This document shows, piece after piece, positions 42,244-51,261 of a stretch of DNA of 64,000 nt; position 1 is the first letter of the stretch; each line of letters opens with the position of its first letter. The notes below the pieces were generated by a model. That model had not been told where the DNA came from and made no database searches. It saw nothing but the letters and a program-made list of their open reading frames with translations. This DNA is from Terriglobia bacterium (GTDB lineage: Bacteria > Acidobacteriota > Terriglobia > 20CM-2-55-15), in assembly GCA_965198225.1 (NCBI GenBank), contig CBDAOY010000008.1, positions 1,216,001 to 1,280,000 on the forward strand, written 5' to 3'. The translations under genes and the position numbers were made by a program.

Positions 42244-45051
42244 GTGATGGAAACACTGTGGCAAGATTTTCAATACGGCGTCCGAATGCTGGTCAAGAAG
42301 CCAGCCTTCACTGTGGTCGCCGTACTCACTCTGGCCCTGGGGATCGGGGCCAACTCCGCGATATTCAGCGTCGTCAACTCGGTCCTGCTCCGGCCGCTTC
42401 CCTATAAGGATCCGGATCAGCTGGTCCGGTTCGTCATGGACCGGCCGCCGATCGCGGGTGAGGGCGGCCCCCGCCGGATACCCTCCATCACGACCGACGA
42501 CTTTCAGGAGTACCGTCTGCAGTCGGAAACACTCGAGCAGATCGGCATCTACTCGAGCCATTCGGCGACAATGACGAGCCTGGAGGAACCGGTGCGCCTC
42601 AGCGGAGGCCGCGTGTCTCCCGCGATGTTCGAGCTCCTGGGCGCCTCGCCGCTCATGGGCCGCGTTTTCGAGCAGCAGGAGGAGAGTCCGGGCAACGATC
42701 GTGTCGTCATTTTAGGCGAGATGGCCTGGGAGCGGTACTTCGGACGAGATCCCGACATCCTGAACCGGACCCTGATCCTCGACGACAATACGTATCCGGT
42801 GGTCGGGATCATGCCCGCTGATTTCGAGTTTCCCAATCCGGAAACGGAGTACTGGATTCCGGCGTCGGTTCGACCGGCCGTCCAACGCCAGGTCGGCCGA
42901 ATCGAAATCTCGGGCTCAACGCTGGCCCGACTGAAACAAGGTGTATCCCTGGAGACCGCGGTGGCCGAGGCCAACACGATCTTCGCCCGCCTCCATCCCG
43001 CCGGTTCGAGCTTCGACGGCACCGATTTCACACGGGCCCCAGAAGGCGGATCCGGAGAGCAGACATCGGGCCAGGAGCGACGTGGAATGAGGATCGGCCG
43101 ACCGAGTGAACAGGCCGGCGGCGGGGAACCTGTCCCCGAAGGCCAGGTGCAGCGCCGCGTCGTTCGGGGCGGCCCTGCAGGTGAACCGGGTGCGGGCGGG
43201 AACCGACAAGTCGTCCGCCGCGGCCCCGGTCCCGGCGGTGACGCGGGGGGTGGCCAGCGGGGCGTTCGGGGTGGCCCGGCCCCCGGCGGTGACGCGGCCG
43301 GCGAGCGACAAGTCGTCCGTGGTGGCCCGGGCCGCGGTGCTCCGGGCGGCAGCCCCCTCGCGGGTCAGGATCCTCTGGCGAATTCCACGATCGATCTCAT
43401 TCCGCTCCAGGAAGAGCTGGTCGCACCGGTCCGGCCGGCTCTGATGGTGCTGCTGGTGGCCGTCGGGTTCGTGCTCCTCATCGCCTGCGCCAACGTCGCG
43501 AACCTGCTGCTGACAAGGGCGAGCGGACGAGGGCTCGAAATCGCAATTCGAGCCGCCATGGGGGCGGGTCGCGTAAGGCTGGTGCGCCAGGTGTTGACCG
43601 AAAGCATCACCCTCGCCGTTCTCGGTGGGGGACTCGGATGCCTGCTGGCCTACTGGGGTGTGGGCGCGCTTAAGGCCCTGGAGCCGGGCACGATTCCCCG
43701 CATCGACGAAATCGGTATCGATCCGACCGTGCTGGCGTTCACCCTGTGCGTCTCCGTGTTGACCGGCCTCCTCTTCGGACTGGCACCTGCATTCCGAATG
43801 AGCAACAGCGAGCGGATGGAGAGCCTGAAGGAAGGGGGCACGTATGCGTCATCCGGTTTCGACCTGTTCCGACGTAACAAGACCCGCAGCCTGCTCGCGA
43901 TGGCGGAAGTCGCCCTGGCCGTCGTCCTGTTGGTCGGCGGGGGCTTGCTGATAAACAGCTTCACGAACCTGACCGGTGTCGATCCGGGCTACGACCCGAA
44001 AAACGTCCTGACCTTCCAGGTCAACCTGCCGAGGGCGCGCTACGCAGACGTCCCACAACGGCGGACCTTCTACGATCGGCTCCTCGGAAGCACCGACATG
44101 ATGAACGGCGTCGTTTCTGCCGGCGCGGTCAACATCCTGCCTCTGACCCAGAACAACATACGTATGGCTTTCATGCTCCCGGGAGAAGGCGACTACCAGC
44201 AGCGCGCCGCGGCGGACGTACGGATCATCAGCCCCGGCTACTTCGACGCGATGGGGATTCCGATCGTCGAAGGGCGCGGCTTCACAGACCAGGATCGCGA
44301 TGGGCAGCAGGGAGTGCTCCTGGTCAACCAGACTTTTGCGCGACGCTATTTCCCGGATGAATCCCCTGTGAACCGCGAGTTTCAACCCGGCCCGACAGGC
44401 TCGCAACGGATCGTCGGCATCGTCGGGGACGTCCGCCACCAGGGCCTCGATCGAGACGTCGAGCCGGAAGTGTATTTCACCTACCAGCAAGCCGCCCAAA
44501 CTTTCGGAAACCTGCCGATGACGTTCGCGATCCAGACTGCGGGCGACCCGATGGCGCTGGTGCCCGAAATACGCCGCAGCGTCCTGGATCTGGACTCCTC
44601 GCTGACCGTCGACAACATCCGGACGATGGAGGACCGCCTCTACTCATCGATCGCAGGTCCCCGGTTCTACGCGGTCCTACTGGGTGTATTCGCCGCGATC
44701 GCGCTGGTCCTGGCGTCGGTGGGCATCTACGGTGTGCTGGCCTATTCGGTGAGCCAGCGCACTCGGGAGATCGGAATCCGCATGGCCCTCGGTGCGGAAA
44801 AACAGAACGTCCTGAGATTGATTCTCAGCCAGGGCATGGTCTTAACCGCAATCGGCATCGTTGCCGGACTCGCCGGGGCGTTTGCCGTCACACGGTACCT
44901 GGAGAGCATGCTGTTCGGGCTGACAGCCCTGGATCCGACGACGTTCGTCGGAGTAACGGCACTCCTGATAGTGACGGCGGCGACCGCCTGTTACGTGCCG
45001 GCCCGTCGCGCCACCAAAGTCGACCCGATTGTGGCTTTACGCTACGAATAA
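42244..45051 (+). CDS. ADOP-like permease with Gly/Arg/Pro-rich insertion
   Basis: Same family motifs as 3610-6081; about 110 aa longer because of a low-complexity insert in the first periplasmic domain. Confidence 0.92.
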   Translation: MMETLWQDFQYGVRMLVKKPAFTVVAVLTLALGIGANSAIFSVVNSVLLRPLPYKDPDQLVRFVMDRPPIAGEGGPRRIPSITTDDFQEYRLQSETLEQIGIYSSHSATMTSLEEPVRLSGGRVSPAMFELLGASPLMGRVFEQQEESPGNDRVVILGEMAWERYFGRDPDILNRTLILDDNTYPVVGIMPADFEFPNPETEYWIPASVRPAVQRQVGRIEISGSTLARLKQGVSLETAVAEANTIFARLHPAGSSFDGTDFTRAPEGGSGEQTSGQERRGMRIGRPSEQAGGGEPVPEGQVQRRVVRGGPAGEPGAGGNRQVVRRGPGPGGDAGGGQRGVRGGPAPGGDAAGERQVVRGGPGRGAPGGSPLAGQDPLANSTIDLIPLQEELVAPVRPALMVLLVAVGFVLLIACANVANLLLTRASGRGLEIAIRAAMGAGRVRLVRQVLTESITLAVLGGGLGCLLAYWGVGALKALEPGTIPRIDEIGIDPTVLAFTLCVSVLTGLLFGLAPAFRMSNSERMESLKEGGTYASSGFDLFRRNKTRSLLAMAEVALAVVLLVGGGLLINSFTNLTGVDPGYDPKNVLTFQVNLPRARYADVPQRRTFYDRLLGSTDMMNGVVSAGAVNILPLTQNNIRMAFMLPGEGDYQQRAAADVRIISPGYFDAMGIPIVEGRGFTDQDRDGQQGVLLVNQTFARRYFPDESPVNREFQPGPTGSQRIVGIVGDVRHQGLDRDVEPEVYFTYQQAAQTFGNLPMTFAIQTAGDPMALVPEIRRSVLDLDSSLTVDNIRTMEDRLYSSIAGPRFYAVLLGVFAAIALVLASVGIYGVLAYSVSQRTREIGIRMALGAEKQNVLRLILSQGMVLTAIGIVAGLAGAFAVTRYLESMLFGLTALDPTTFVGVTALLIVTAATACYVPARRATKVDPIVALRYE

Positions 45052-45060
45052 ACTAAAAAG

Positions 45061-45139
45061 GGGGGCAGAGCCCCCATTTCCCTAATTCGTTGTCACGTTA
45101 TTTCAGTCTTGAAATGAGGGAAATGGGGGCTCTGCCCCC
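45061..45139. terminator. 23-bp perfect inverted repeat between convergent genes (terminator or REP-like element)
   Basis: gggggcagagcccccatttccct (45061-45083) / agggaaatgggggctctgccccc (45117-45139). Confidence 0.7.
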
Positions 45140-45883
45140 TTATTTCTTCCACTTCTGCGGACGTGGCGGCAGTAATTCCCGCGGCACGTTCGTCTGGGCA
45201 CGCGGCTCACCGCGGTGACAGGTCCAGCAGGTCAGTACTTCCCTGCCGTCGAAGAAATCGTCCTGAAGGCCCGCACGAATCTCGATCATCCTCCGGGCCA
45301 TCAGCTTCTGGATCTGGTCGTCGCTGGACCAATCCCCCGGAGTATGGCAGTGCGTGCAGCAGACACCGAGTGAAGCGACGAACGTGTACATCACTTCGCG
45401 AAGCTCGTTGGCCGGGATGTCCCCGAGCTGGTGGAGGTTCTCGTAGACCTCGCCGGCCGGGCGTGTCTCATCCGAGAACGCTGTTGCCGGCATCGCCCGA
45501 ACCATCGCCATCATCTCGGGGTCGACCTCGGTCTCCGGCTTCGTCGAACCGCGGTGGCAGGTCCAGCAACTCGCGGCCTCGAAACCCTGGAAGTACTCCT
45601 CGCCCGCGACCGCAACCATGCGCATCATGTCCCGGGCCGTATGCTTCTCGGGCTTGTCGTCCAAATGCCAACCCGCCCGGTCGTGGCAGTGTTCGCAACG
45701 CACCCCCAGCGTCCGGCTCGTGACCTGCATGATGTAGCGGAGTTCGTCCCCGGGTATGTCGGTGAGGATCTGGACGTTCTGAAACGGCTCGGACTGCTCC
45801 TGTTGAGCCCTTGCGTGGGGCGCGGCCGGGACGATCGCCAGAATACCGGCAACCAGGATAATAAAGGTGGTGATGCGAAACAT
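45140..45883 (-). CDS. Exported tetraheme c-type cytochrome (reaction-centre cytochrome c-like repeats)
   Basis: CEHCH, CWTCH, CTHCH, CWTCH in two internal repeats with 'LGVxCxxCH' and 'ARxM'; signal peptide. Confidence 0.85.
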   Translation of the reverse strand: MFRITTFIILVAGILAIVPAAPHARAQQEQSEPFQNVQILTDIPGDELRYIMQVTSRTLGVRCEHCHDRAGWHLDDKPEKHTARDMMRMVAVAGEEYFQGFEAASCWTCHRGSTKPETEVDPEMMAMVRAMPATAFSDETRPAGEVYENLHQLGDIPANELREVMYTFVASLGVCCTHCHTPGDWSSDDQIQKLMARRMIEIRAGLQDDFFDGREVLTCWTCHRGEPRAQTNVPRELLPPRPQKWKK

Positions 45884-45934
45884 CCTGCCTATGTATCACC
45901 GGACAGGACTGATTTCAACGACAGGCGCGGATCT

Positions 45935-47494
45935 TTACGAACTGTCTCTCAGCTTGAAACGTTGAATCTTCCCTGCGGCAGTCTTCGGGAGGTCGTCGAC
46001 GAATTCGATCCGGCGAGGATACTTGTAGGGTGTCAGCCGCATCTTGACGAGGTCCTGTAGTTCACGGACGAGCGGCCCGTCGCCCTCGACGTCGGCCTTG
46101 AGCACGACATAGGCCTGCGGCTTGAGGAGCTTGTTGTCGTCCAGCCAGGGAACGACAGCCGACTCTAAAACCGTCTCGTGTTCCACCAGACAGTTTTCGA
46201 TCTCGATCGGCGACACCCACTGGCCCGAAACTTTGAACATGTCGTCCGAACGGCCTGCGTAGAAAAGAAAGCCGTCCGGATCCCTGTAGTACTTGTCGCC
46301 GCTGAAAAACCAGCCATCCTTCCACTTCTCCCTGTTCAACTCTTCCCTGTTCCAGTACGAAGGCGCGGTGCTGGGTCCCAGCACCCATAGATCCCCGACG
46401 GCACCGGCCTCCACCTCGTTACCGGATTCGTCGGAGATACGCACGTCATATCCGGCTATCGGCTGGCCCGTACTGCCCGGTTTGACGTTGCCCGGTCGCG
46501 ACGAAGCATACATGTGCAGAACCTCGGTCGACCCGATGGCGTCGAGGATCTCCAGCCCGAACCGTTCCTTCCAGCGGTTGAAGATGGCCGGCGGCAGCGG
46601 TTCCGCCGCCGAGACGCAATGGCGGACACTGGACAGGTCGTAGGGGTTCTGTGCGTCAGTGGAGGCCAGCATCGCGGCATAGAGCGTCGGAACGGAATAG
46701 AAAAGGGTAGGCCGCCGGTCGTGCGCCGTCTTCAGGATGACGTCGGGCGCCGGCCGCCCCGGGTAGAGGAGCGTGGTCGCTCCGACATGGAGTGGGAACA
46801 TCAACGCGTTGCCCAGTCCGTAGGCGTGAAAGAGCTTGGATGAGGAAAAGGTGATGTCGCCGGGTCCGATGTCGAGGATCCCCCGCGCGAAACACTCCGC
46901 ACAGTAGTTCCAGTCCCGATGACGATGCAGGGCCCCTTTCGGGAGTCCCGTACTGCCGGATGTCCACAGCCAGAAGGCGATGTCGTCCCTCGCGGTGTCG
47001 GCGGGGGTCAGTTCGGTGGACTGTTCGCCGATCCATTGTCCCCAGTTCAGATGCCCGCCTTCGATGTCGCCCCGGACGATGACATGTTCCAGGCTTTTGC
47101 GTTCGCCCAGCACCGGCTGGACCTCGGTCCAGAGAGCGGCATCGACGATCAGGGCTCGGGCCTCGCTCTCGTCGAGGAAATAAGCGTAGTCCGGCCCCCT
47201 CAACGCCGTGTTGGTGAGAACCGCAACCGCCCCACTCTTGACTGTTCCCAGGTATGCCGCGCCGAACTCCGCACAGTCGGGCAGAAGGATCAAGACCCGA
47301 TCGCCCGATAGGATCCCCAGTTGACCGAGACCGTTGCCGACGCGGTTGACCATCTCGTGGAACTGGAGGTACGTGATCTTCCGGCCCTCGGAAACGATCG
47401 CAACCTTGTCGCGGCGGCCCTCCGCGATGTGGCGGTCGACAAAATGGGTCGCCATGTTGTAGCGGTCCGGGATCTCGATGGCTGGCGTACTCAT
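45935..47494 (-). CDS. Benzoate-CoA ligase family AMP-binding enzyme
   Basis: 'WLWTSGSTGLPKG', 'KLFHAYGLGN', 'SAAEPLP', 'IGSTEVLH', 'LPKTAAGKIQRFKLR'. Confidence 0.88.
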   Translation of the reverse strand: MSTPAIEIPDRYNMATHFVDRHIAEGRRDKVAIVSEGRKITYLQFHEMVNRVGNGLGQLGILSGDRVLILLPDCAEFGAAYLGTVKSGAVAVLTNTALRGPDYAYFLDESEARALIVDAALWTEVQPVLGERKSLEHVIVRGDIEGGHLNWGQWIGEQSTELTPADTARDDIAFWLWTSGSTGLPKGALHRHRDWNYCAECFARGILDIGPGDITFSSSKLFHAYGLGNALMFPLHVGATTLLYPGRPAPDVILKTAHDRRPTLFYSVPTLYAAMLASTDAQNPYDLSSVRHCVSAAEPLPPAIFNRWKERFGLEILDAIGSTEVLHMYASSRPGNVKPGSTGQPIAGYDVRISDESGNEVEAGAVGDLWVLGPSTAPSYWNREELNREKWKDGWFFSGDKYYRDPDGFLFYAGRSDDMFKVSGQWVSPIEIENCLVEHETVLESAVVPWLDDNKLLKPQAYVVLKADVEGDGPLVRELQDLVKMRLTPYKYPRRIEFVDDLPKTAAGKIQRFKLRDSS

Positions 47495-47602
47495 GGTCGA
47501 AAGATGCGGGCTCGAGGGGACAGTCTAGTCGAACGTCGCAACAGGGTCCAGGGCGGCGCAGAGGCATCGCTGTGTGGTTCAATACATGCTACCGGAGACG
47601 AC

Positions 47603-48181
47603 ATGTCGGACAGACCATGGATTAGAGTCATCGATGAAGACTCGCCCGAGCTGACGCCCAAGCTGCGGGAGATGTACAACGAAATGGCGGACCCGCGCGG
47701 GCCGGTCGACAATATCCTCAAGATCCACAGTCTCCACCCGGAGTCCCTCCGGATCCACTGGTGCTTCTACCGCATGGTCATGTACGGCCCGTCAAAGCTT
47801 TCGCGCGTGCGGCGGGAGATGCTCGCCGTGGCGATCTCGGCGGCCAACGATTGCCACTACTGAATTCTCCATCACGCAGCGGGACTGCGTCGGCTGACCA
47901 AGGATGCCCCCTGGGTGGATGAGTTGGTGGAGGACTACCGGAAGGTTGACCTGGAGCCATCGGACCGCGCCATGCTCGATTACGCGATCAAACTGACGCT
48001 GGAACCGGCTAGGATGGTCGAGCAAGACGTCACCCGCCTGCGGGAGGCCGGCTTCGAAGACCGGACCATCCTCGACATCAACCTGATCACCGGGTACTAC
48101 GCCTTCGTCAACCGCCTCGCCGACGGCCTGGGCGTCGGGTTGGAAGACTTCTGGCTGGCACAGGAGCCCCGCAGAGAGTAG
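47603..48181 (+). CDS. AhpD/CMD-family peroxidase-related protein with in-frame TGA (probable selenocysteine, CxxU)
   Basis: 'REMLAVAISAANDCHY*ILHH' continues in the same frame into 'LDYAIKLT..YYAFVNRLADGLGV'; TGA at 47861-47863; 192 aa with readthrough. Confidence 0.88.
47874..47890 (+). promoter_or_regulatory. Candidate bacterial SECIS hairpin
   Basis: ACGCAG-CGGGA-CTGCGT stem-loop starting at position +11 after the TGA. Confidence 0.72.
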
Positions 48182-48282
48182 GAATAGACGCCTCAGCAGC
48201 TACTTTATCAACAACATTTTAAACCACTTAAAATGGGGGACACGGGAGTCTGTCCCCTATTTCAGGAGTGACGCTTATTGGG

Positions 48283-48345
48283 TGCTAAAAAAATAGCATT
48301 TTTTGTTTGACCGGTCGCCAAGAGTGATGCTAGTTTTTTAGCATC
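48283..48345 (+). promoter_or_regulatory. Promoter with twin TGCTA-N6-TAGCA operators
   Basis: Palindromes at 48283-48298 and 48328-48343; -35 TTGACC at 48307-48312; TGn-TAGTTT extended -10 inside the second palindrome. Confidence 0.75.
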
Positions 48346-48368
48346 GCTTCAGGAAGGAGCTTTAATCG

Positions 48369-48758
48369 ATGGTGAAATCCGTTCATTCCAACCTGAGCCG
48401 GCGCGAACGTCAGATTATGGATGTTCTGTTCAAAAGGGGACAGGCGACCGCGGCGGACATCATGGAAAACATCCCGGAGCCGCCTAGCTATTCGGCCGTG
48501 CGCGCGATGCTGCGTGTCCTGGAAGACAAGGGTCACGTCCGCCACGAGCAGGATGGCCCCCGCTACGTATTCATCCCGACCGTCACGCGGGACAAGGCGA
48601 AACGGTCGGCGATGCAACACATGCTGGACACGTTTTTCGAAGGCTCGACAGCACAGGCTGTCGCAACGCTGTTGGACGAATCCGGCTCCAAGCTGTCCGA
48701 CGACGAACTGGAACGGCTGTCCGGTCTCATCGACAAGGCCCGGAAGGAGGGCGCATGA
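48369..48758 (+). CDS. BlaI/MecI/CopY family transcriptional repressor
   Basis: 'LSRRERQIMDVL', 'YSAVRAMLRVLEDKG', 'FFEGS'. Confidence 0.93.
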   Translation: MVKSVHSNLSRRERQIMDVLFKRGQATAADIMENIPEPPSYSAVRAMLRVLEDKGHVRHEQDGPRYVFIPTVTRDKAKRSAMQHMLDTFFEGSTAQAVATLLDESGSKLSDDELERLSGLIDKARKEGA

Positions 48759-51220
48759 GAGCCCTGGCACTGGCCCTACAGCCGGCACTGATCGGCATCC
48801 TGGTCAAGGGGACCCTGGTCCTTCTTGTGGCCGCAGCCGCCAGTCTCCTGCTTCGGCGAGGGTCCGCCGCCGGTCGCTATTTGATCTGGAGTTCCGCTCT
48901 CGTTGTCCTGATCGCTCTCCCGATTCTGCTGGTTGCGTTACCTTCATGGAATCTACCTTTTGATACAAGTCTCTTAAACCTCGACTTAACAGCACCCGAA
49001 CCGGTCTCTCAGCCGGTCGTGGGACAGGAGTCCCCAGTCGCGGAAACGGAGGCCGTTGACAGGTTCGACGCCCAAAGGCCGGGCTCGCTGGAGGCAGCCG
49101 GGACAATGCCTGAGGCAGGCCCGCCTGACACGAGCAGGGACGATGTTGCCGCCCCGCCGCGTCTCTCGCCCGCCATGTCGAGGATCAGCCGGGCGAACAC
49201 GGCGGCCTTTGTCATCTGGATCGTCGGAAGCTTCTGCGTCCTGGGCCGCTTGTTGTTCGGGTTTGTGGGAATCTGGTGGCTCGCGCGCCACGCCCGACCG
49301 GTCATGGATCGCGAGCTCCTCGACCTTGCCCGCAAGCTGTCGGACGACATCGGTCTCAAGACCCCCGTCCGTCTGCTCCAAAGCGATCGGTCGATCACGC
49401 CGATGACCTGGGGCATCACATGGCCCGCGATCCTCTTGCCGAAAGACGCCACCGAATGGTCCGATGAACGCCGGCGGATGATCCTGCTTCACGAGCTGGC
49501 ACACGTGAAGCGCCGCGACTGCCTCGTTCAGTTCGTCGTCTGGCTGGCCTGCAGCCTCTACTGGATGAATCCTTTGGTCTGGATCGCGGTCCGGAAGATG
49601 CACATCGAACGGGAGCGAGCCTGTGACGACCTGGTCCTCGATTCCGGATTCCAGGGAAGCGATTACGCCGAGCATCTGCTCGAAATCGCCAAGTCCCTGC
49701 GGACGGCGCCGCTATCGGCGCTCACGACTGTGGCCATGGCCCACCGCTCACACTTCGAGACCCGACTCCTGGCGATACTGGATCCCCGCCTGCGCCGCCG
49801 CGAATGGAGCCGAGTCGCCTCGATCGCCTTCGTCATGGTCGCAGTCCTTGGTGCGACCGCTCTCGCAACGGTGCAGACGAGCAGTTCTGAAACGGCGGAA
49901 CCCGCCCCGGAGGAACGACTCGTCGCTGGAGTCGACCCGTCCCCGGCACCTGGCCCCGAGCCTATGCCGAGCCCCGGACCTGCGCTCGAGCCGGGACCGA
50001 TGCCGAATCCAGTTCCTCCCCAGTTGACCCAGGCCCTGGAGAACGCGAGAACACAGCTCCTCCCAAGGCTCGAGTTATCCGTGCGCCCCCTGCTCGAGCA
50101 GACCCTCCCGGATGTGGAGGACATGGTCCGTTCGGCCGAGTTCAGGTTCCGTCAATCCCAAGCCGCGTCCCAACTCACGGAAGAGGAGCGGGAAAGCCTT
50201 CGCGCATCGCTGGCCGTCACGCTGCAGGACGAAGATCCGGGCGTCCGGCAGGCCGCCGCGCTGGCTTTGGCCCAACTCGGGGACGAACGAGCGACCGACG
50301 CTCTGATTGGCGCATTGTCGGATGAGGATCCAGACGTCCGGCGCGACGCAGCTTATGCTCTGGGCGAAATCGAGGACTTGCGAGCGCTCCAGCCGATCCT
50401 GGCGCTGCTATCGGACTCCGCATCGGACGTCCGGCGAGCCGCCGCCTGGGTACTTGGCGAACTGGACGACCCGCAGGCGGTAGAGCCGCTGATCACCTCG
50501 CTCAGAGACGACAATTCCGAAGTTCGGCGCGCCGCTGTCTTGGCGCTGGCCGAGATCGAGGACGCCCGGGCGCTGGACTCTTTGATCGATGCCATGAGCG
50601 ACCCGACCGCCGAAGTGCGACGACACGCCGCGTGGGCGCTGGGCGAATTCGATGACCCGCGTGCGTTCGACCCATTGATCGAGGCGCTCGACGATACCAA
50701 TGCAGAGGTCCGGAGATTCGCCGCGGCCGCACTGGGCGAAATCGACGACCCGCGGGCCGTCGAACCACTAATCGCCGCGCTCGGTGACGAATACCCTGAA
50801 GTTCGAAGATCCGCCGCCATGGCGCTCGGTGAACTGGATGAGCCCCGCGCCGTTGAACCACTGATCGCGGCGCTGAACGACACCTACTCGGAAGTGCGAA
50901 GGTTCGCTGCGGCCGCGCTCGGCGAACTGGATGATCCTCGTGCTCTGGATGCTTTGATCGTCGCTCTCGAAGACGAGAACGCCGACGTCCGAAGATTCGC
51001 CGCCGGGGCCCTTGGCGAGCTCAGCGACGAGCGGTCGGTCGATGCGTTGATGTCGATCCTCGACGACGAAAACGCCGAGGTACGCCGTTTCGCGTTGTAC
51101 GCTCTGGCGGAGATCGGCGATCTCCGCGCCCTGGGCCCCATCCGCGCAGCTCTTACAGATGCGAATGCCGAGGTACGCCGGGCCGCGGCGCACGCAATCC
51201 AGGAGATCCTCGACAACTAA
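48755..51220 (+). CDS. M56 (BlaR1/MecR1-like) metallopeptidase with C-terminal HEAT repeats
   Basis: TM helices, 'HELAHVKRRD', 'ERERACDD'; Pro-rich linker; 11 repeats of 31 aa ('D...VRR.AA.ALGE..D.RA...LI.AL', last one partial). Confidence 0.92.
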   Translation: MRALALALQPALIGILVKGTLVLLVAAAASLLLRRGSAAGRYLIWSSALVVLIALPILLVALPSWNLPFDTSLLNLDLTAPEPVSQPVVGQESPVAETEAVDRFDAQRPGSLEAAGTMPEAGPPDTSRDDVAAPPRLSPAMSRISRANTAAFVIWIVGSFCVLGRLLFGFVGIWWLARHARPVMDRELLDLARKLSDDIGLKTPVRLLQSDRSITPMTWGITWPAILLPKDATEWSDERRRMILLHELAHVKRRDCLVQFVVWLACSLYWMNPLVWIAVRKMHIERERACDDLVLDSGFQGSDYAEHLLEIAKSLRTAPLSALTTVAMAHRSHFETRLLAILDPRLRRREWSRVASIAFVMVAVLGATALATVQTSSSETAEPAPEERLVAGVDPSPAPGPEPMPSPGPALEPGPMPNPVPPQLTQALENARTQLLPRLELSVRPLLEQTLPDVEDMVRSAEFRFRQSQAASQLTEEERESLRASLAVTLQDEDPGVRQAAALALAQLGDERATDALIGALSDEDPDVRRDAAYALGEIEDLRALQPILALLSDSASDVRRAAAWVLGELDDPQAVEPLITSLRDDNSEVRRAAVLALAEIEDARALDSLIDAMSDPTAEVRRHAAWALGEFDDPRAFDPLIEALDDTNAEVRRFAAAALGEIDDPRAVEPLIAALGDEYPEVRRSAAMALGELDEPRAVEPLIAALNDTYSEVRRFAAAALGELDDPRALDALIVALEDENADVRRFAAGALGELSDERSVDALMSILDDENAEVRRFALYALAEIGDLRALGPIRAALTDANAEVRRAAAHAIQEILDN

Positions 51221-51261
51221 GCGCAGCCGGTCGAGAGCGCAAACAGGTGGAGTGTGTCCGA

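Noticed and set aside
50220-51217. 93-bp periodic repeats as a CRISPR array
   Set aside because: They are degenerate coding HEAT repeats with no identical repeat and unique spacer structure; no cas genes
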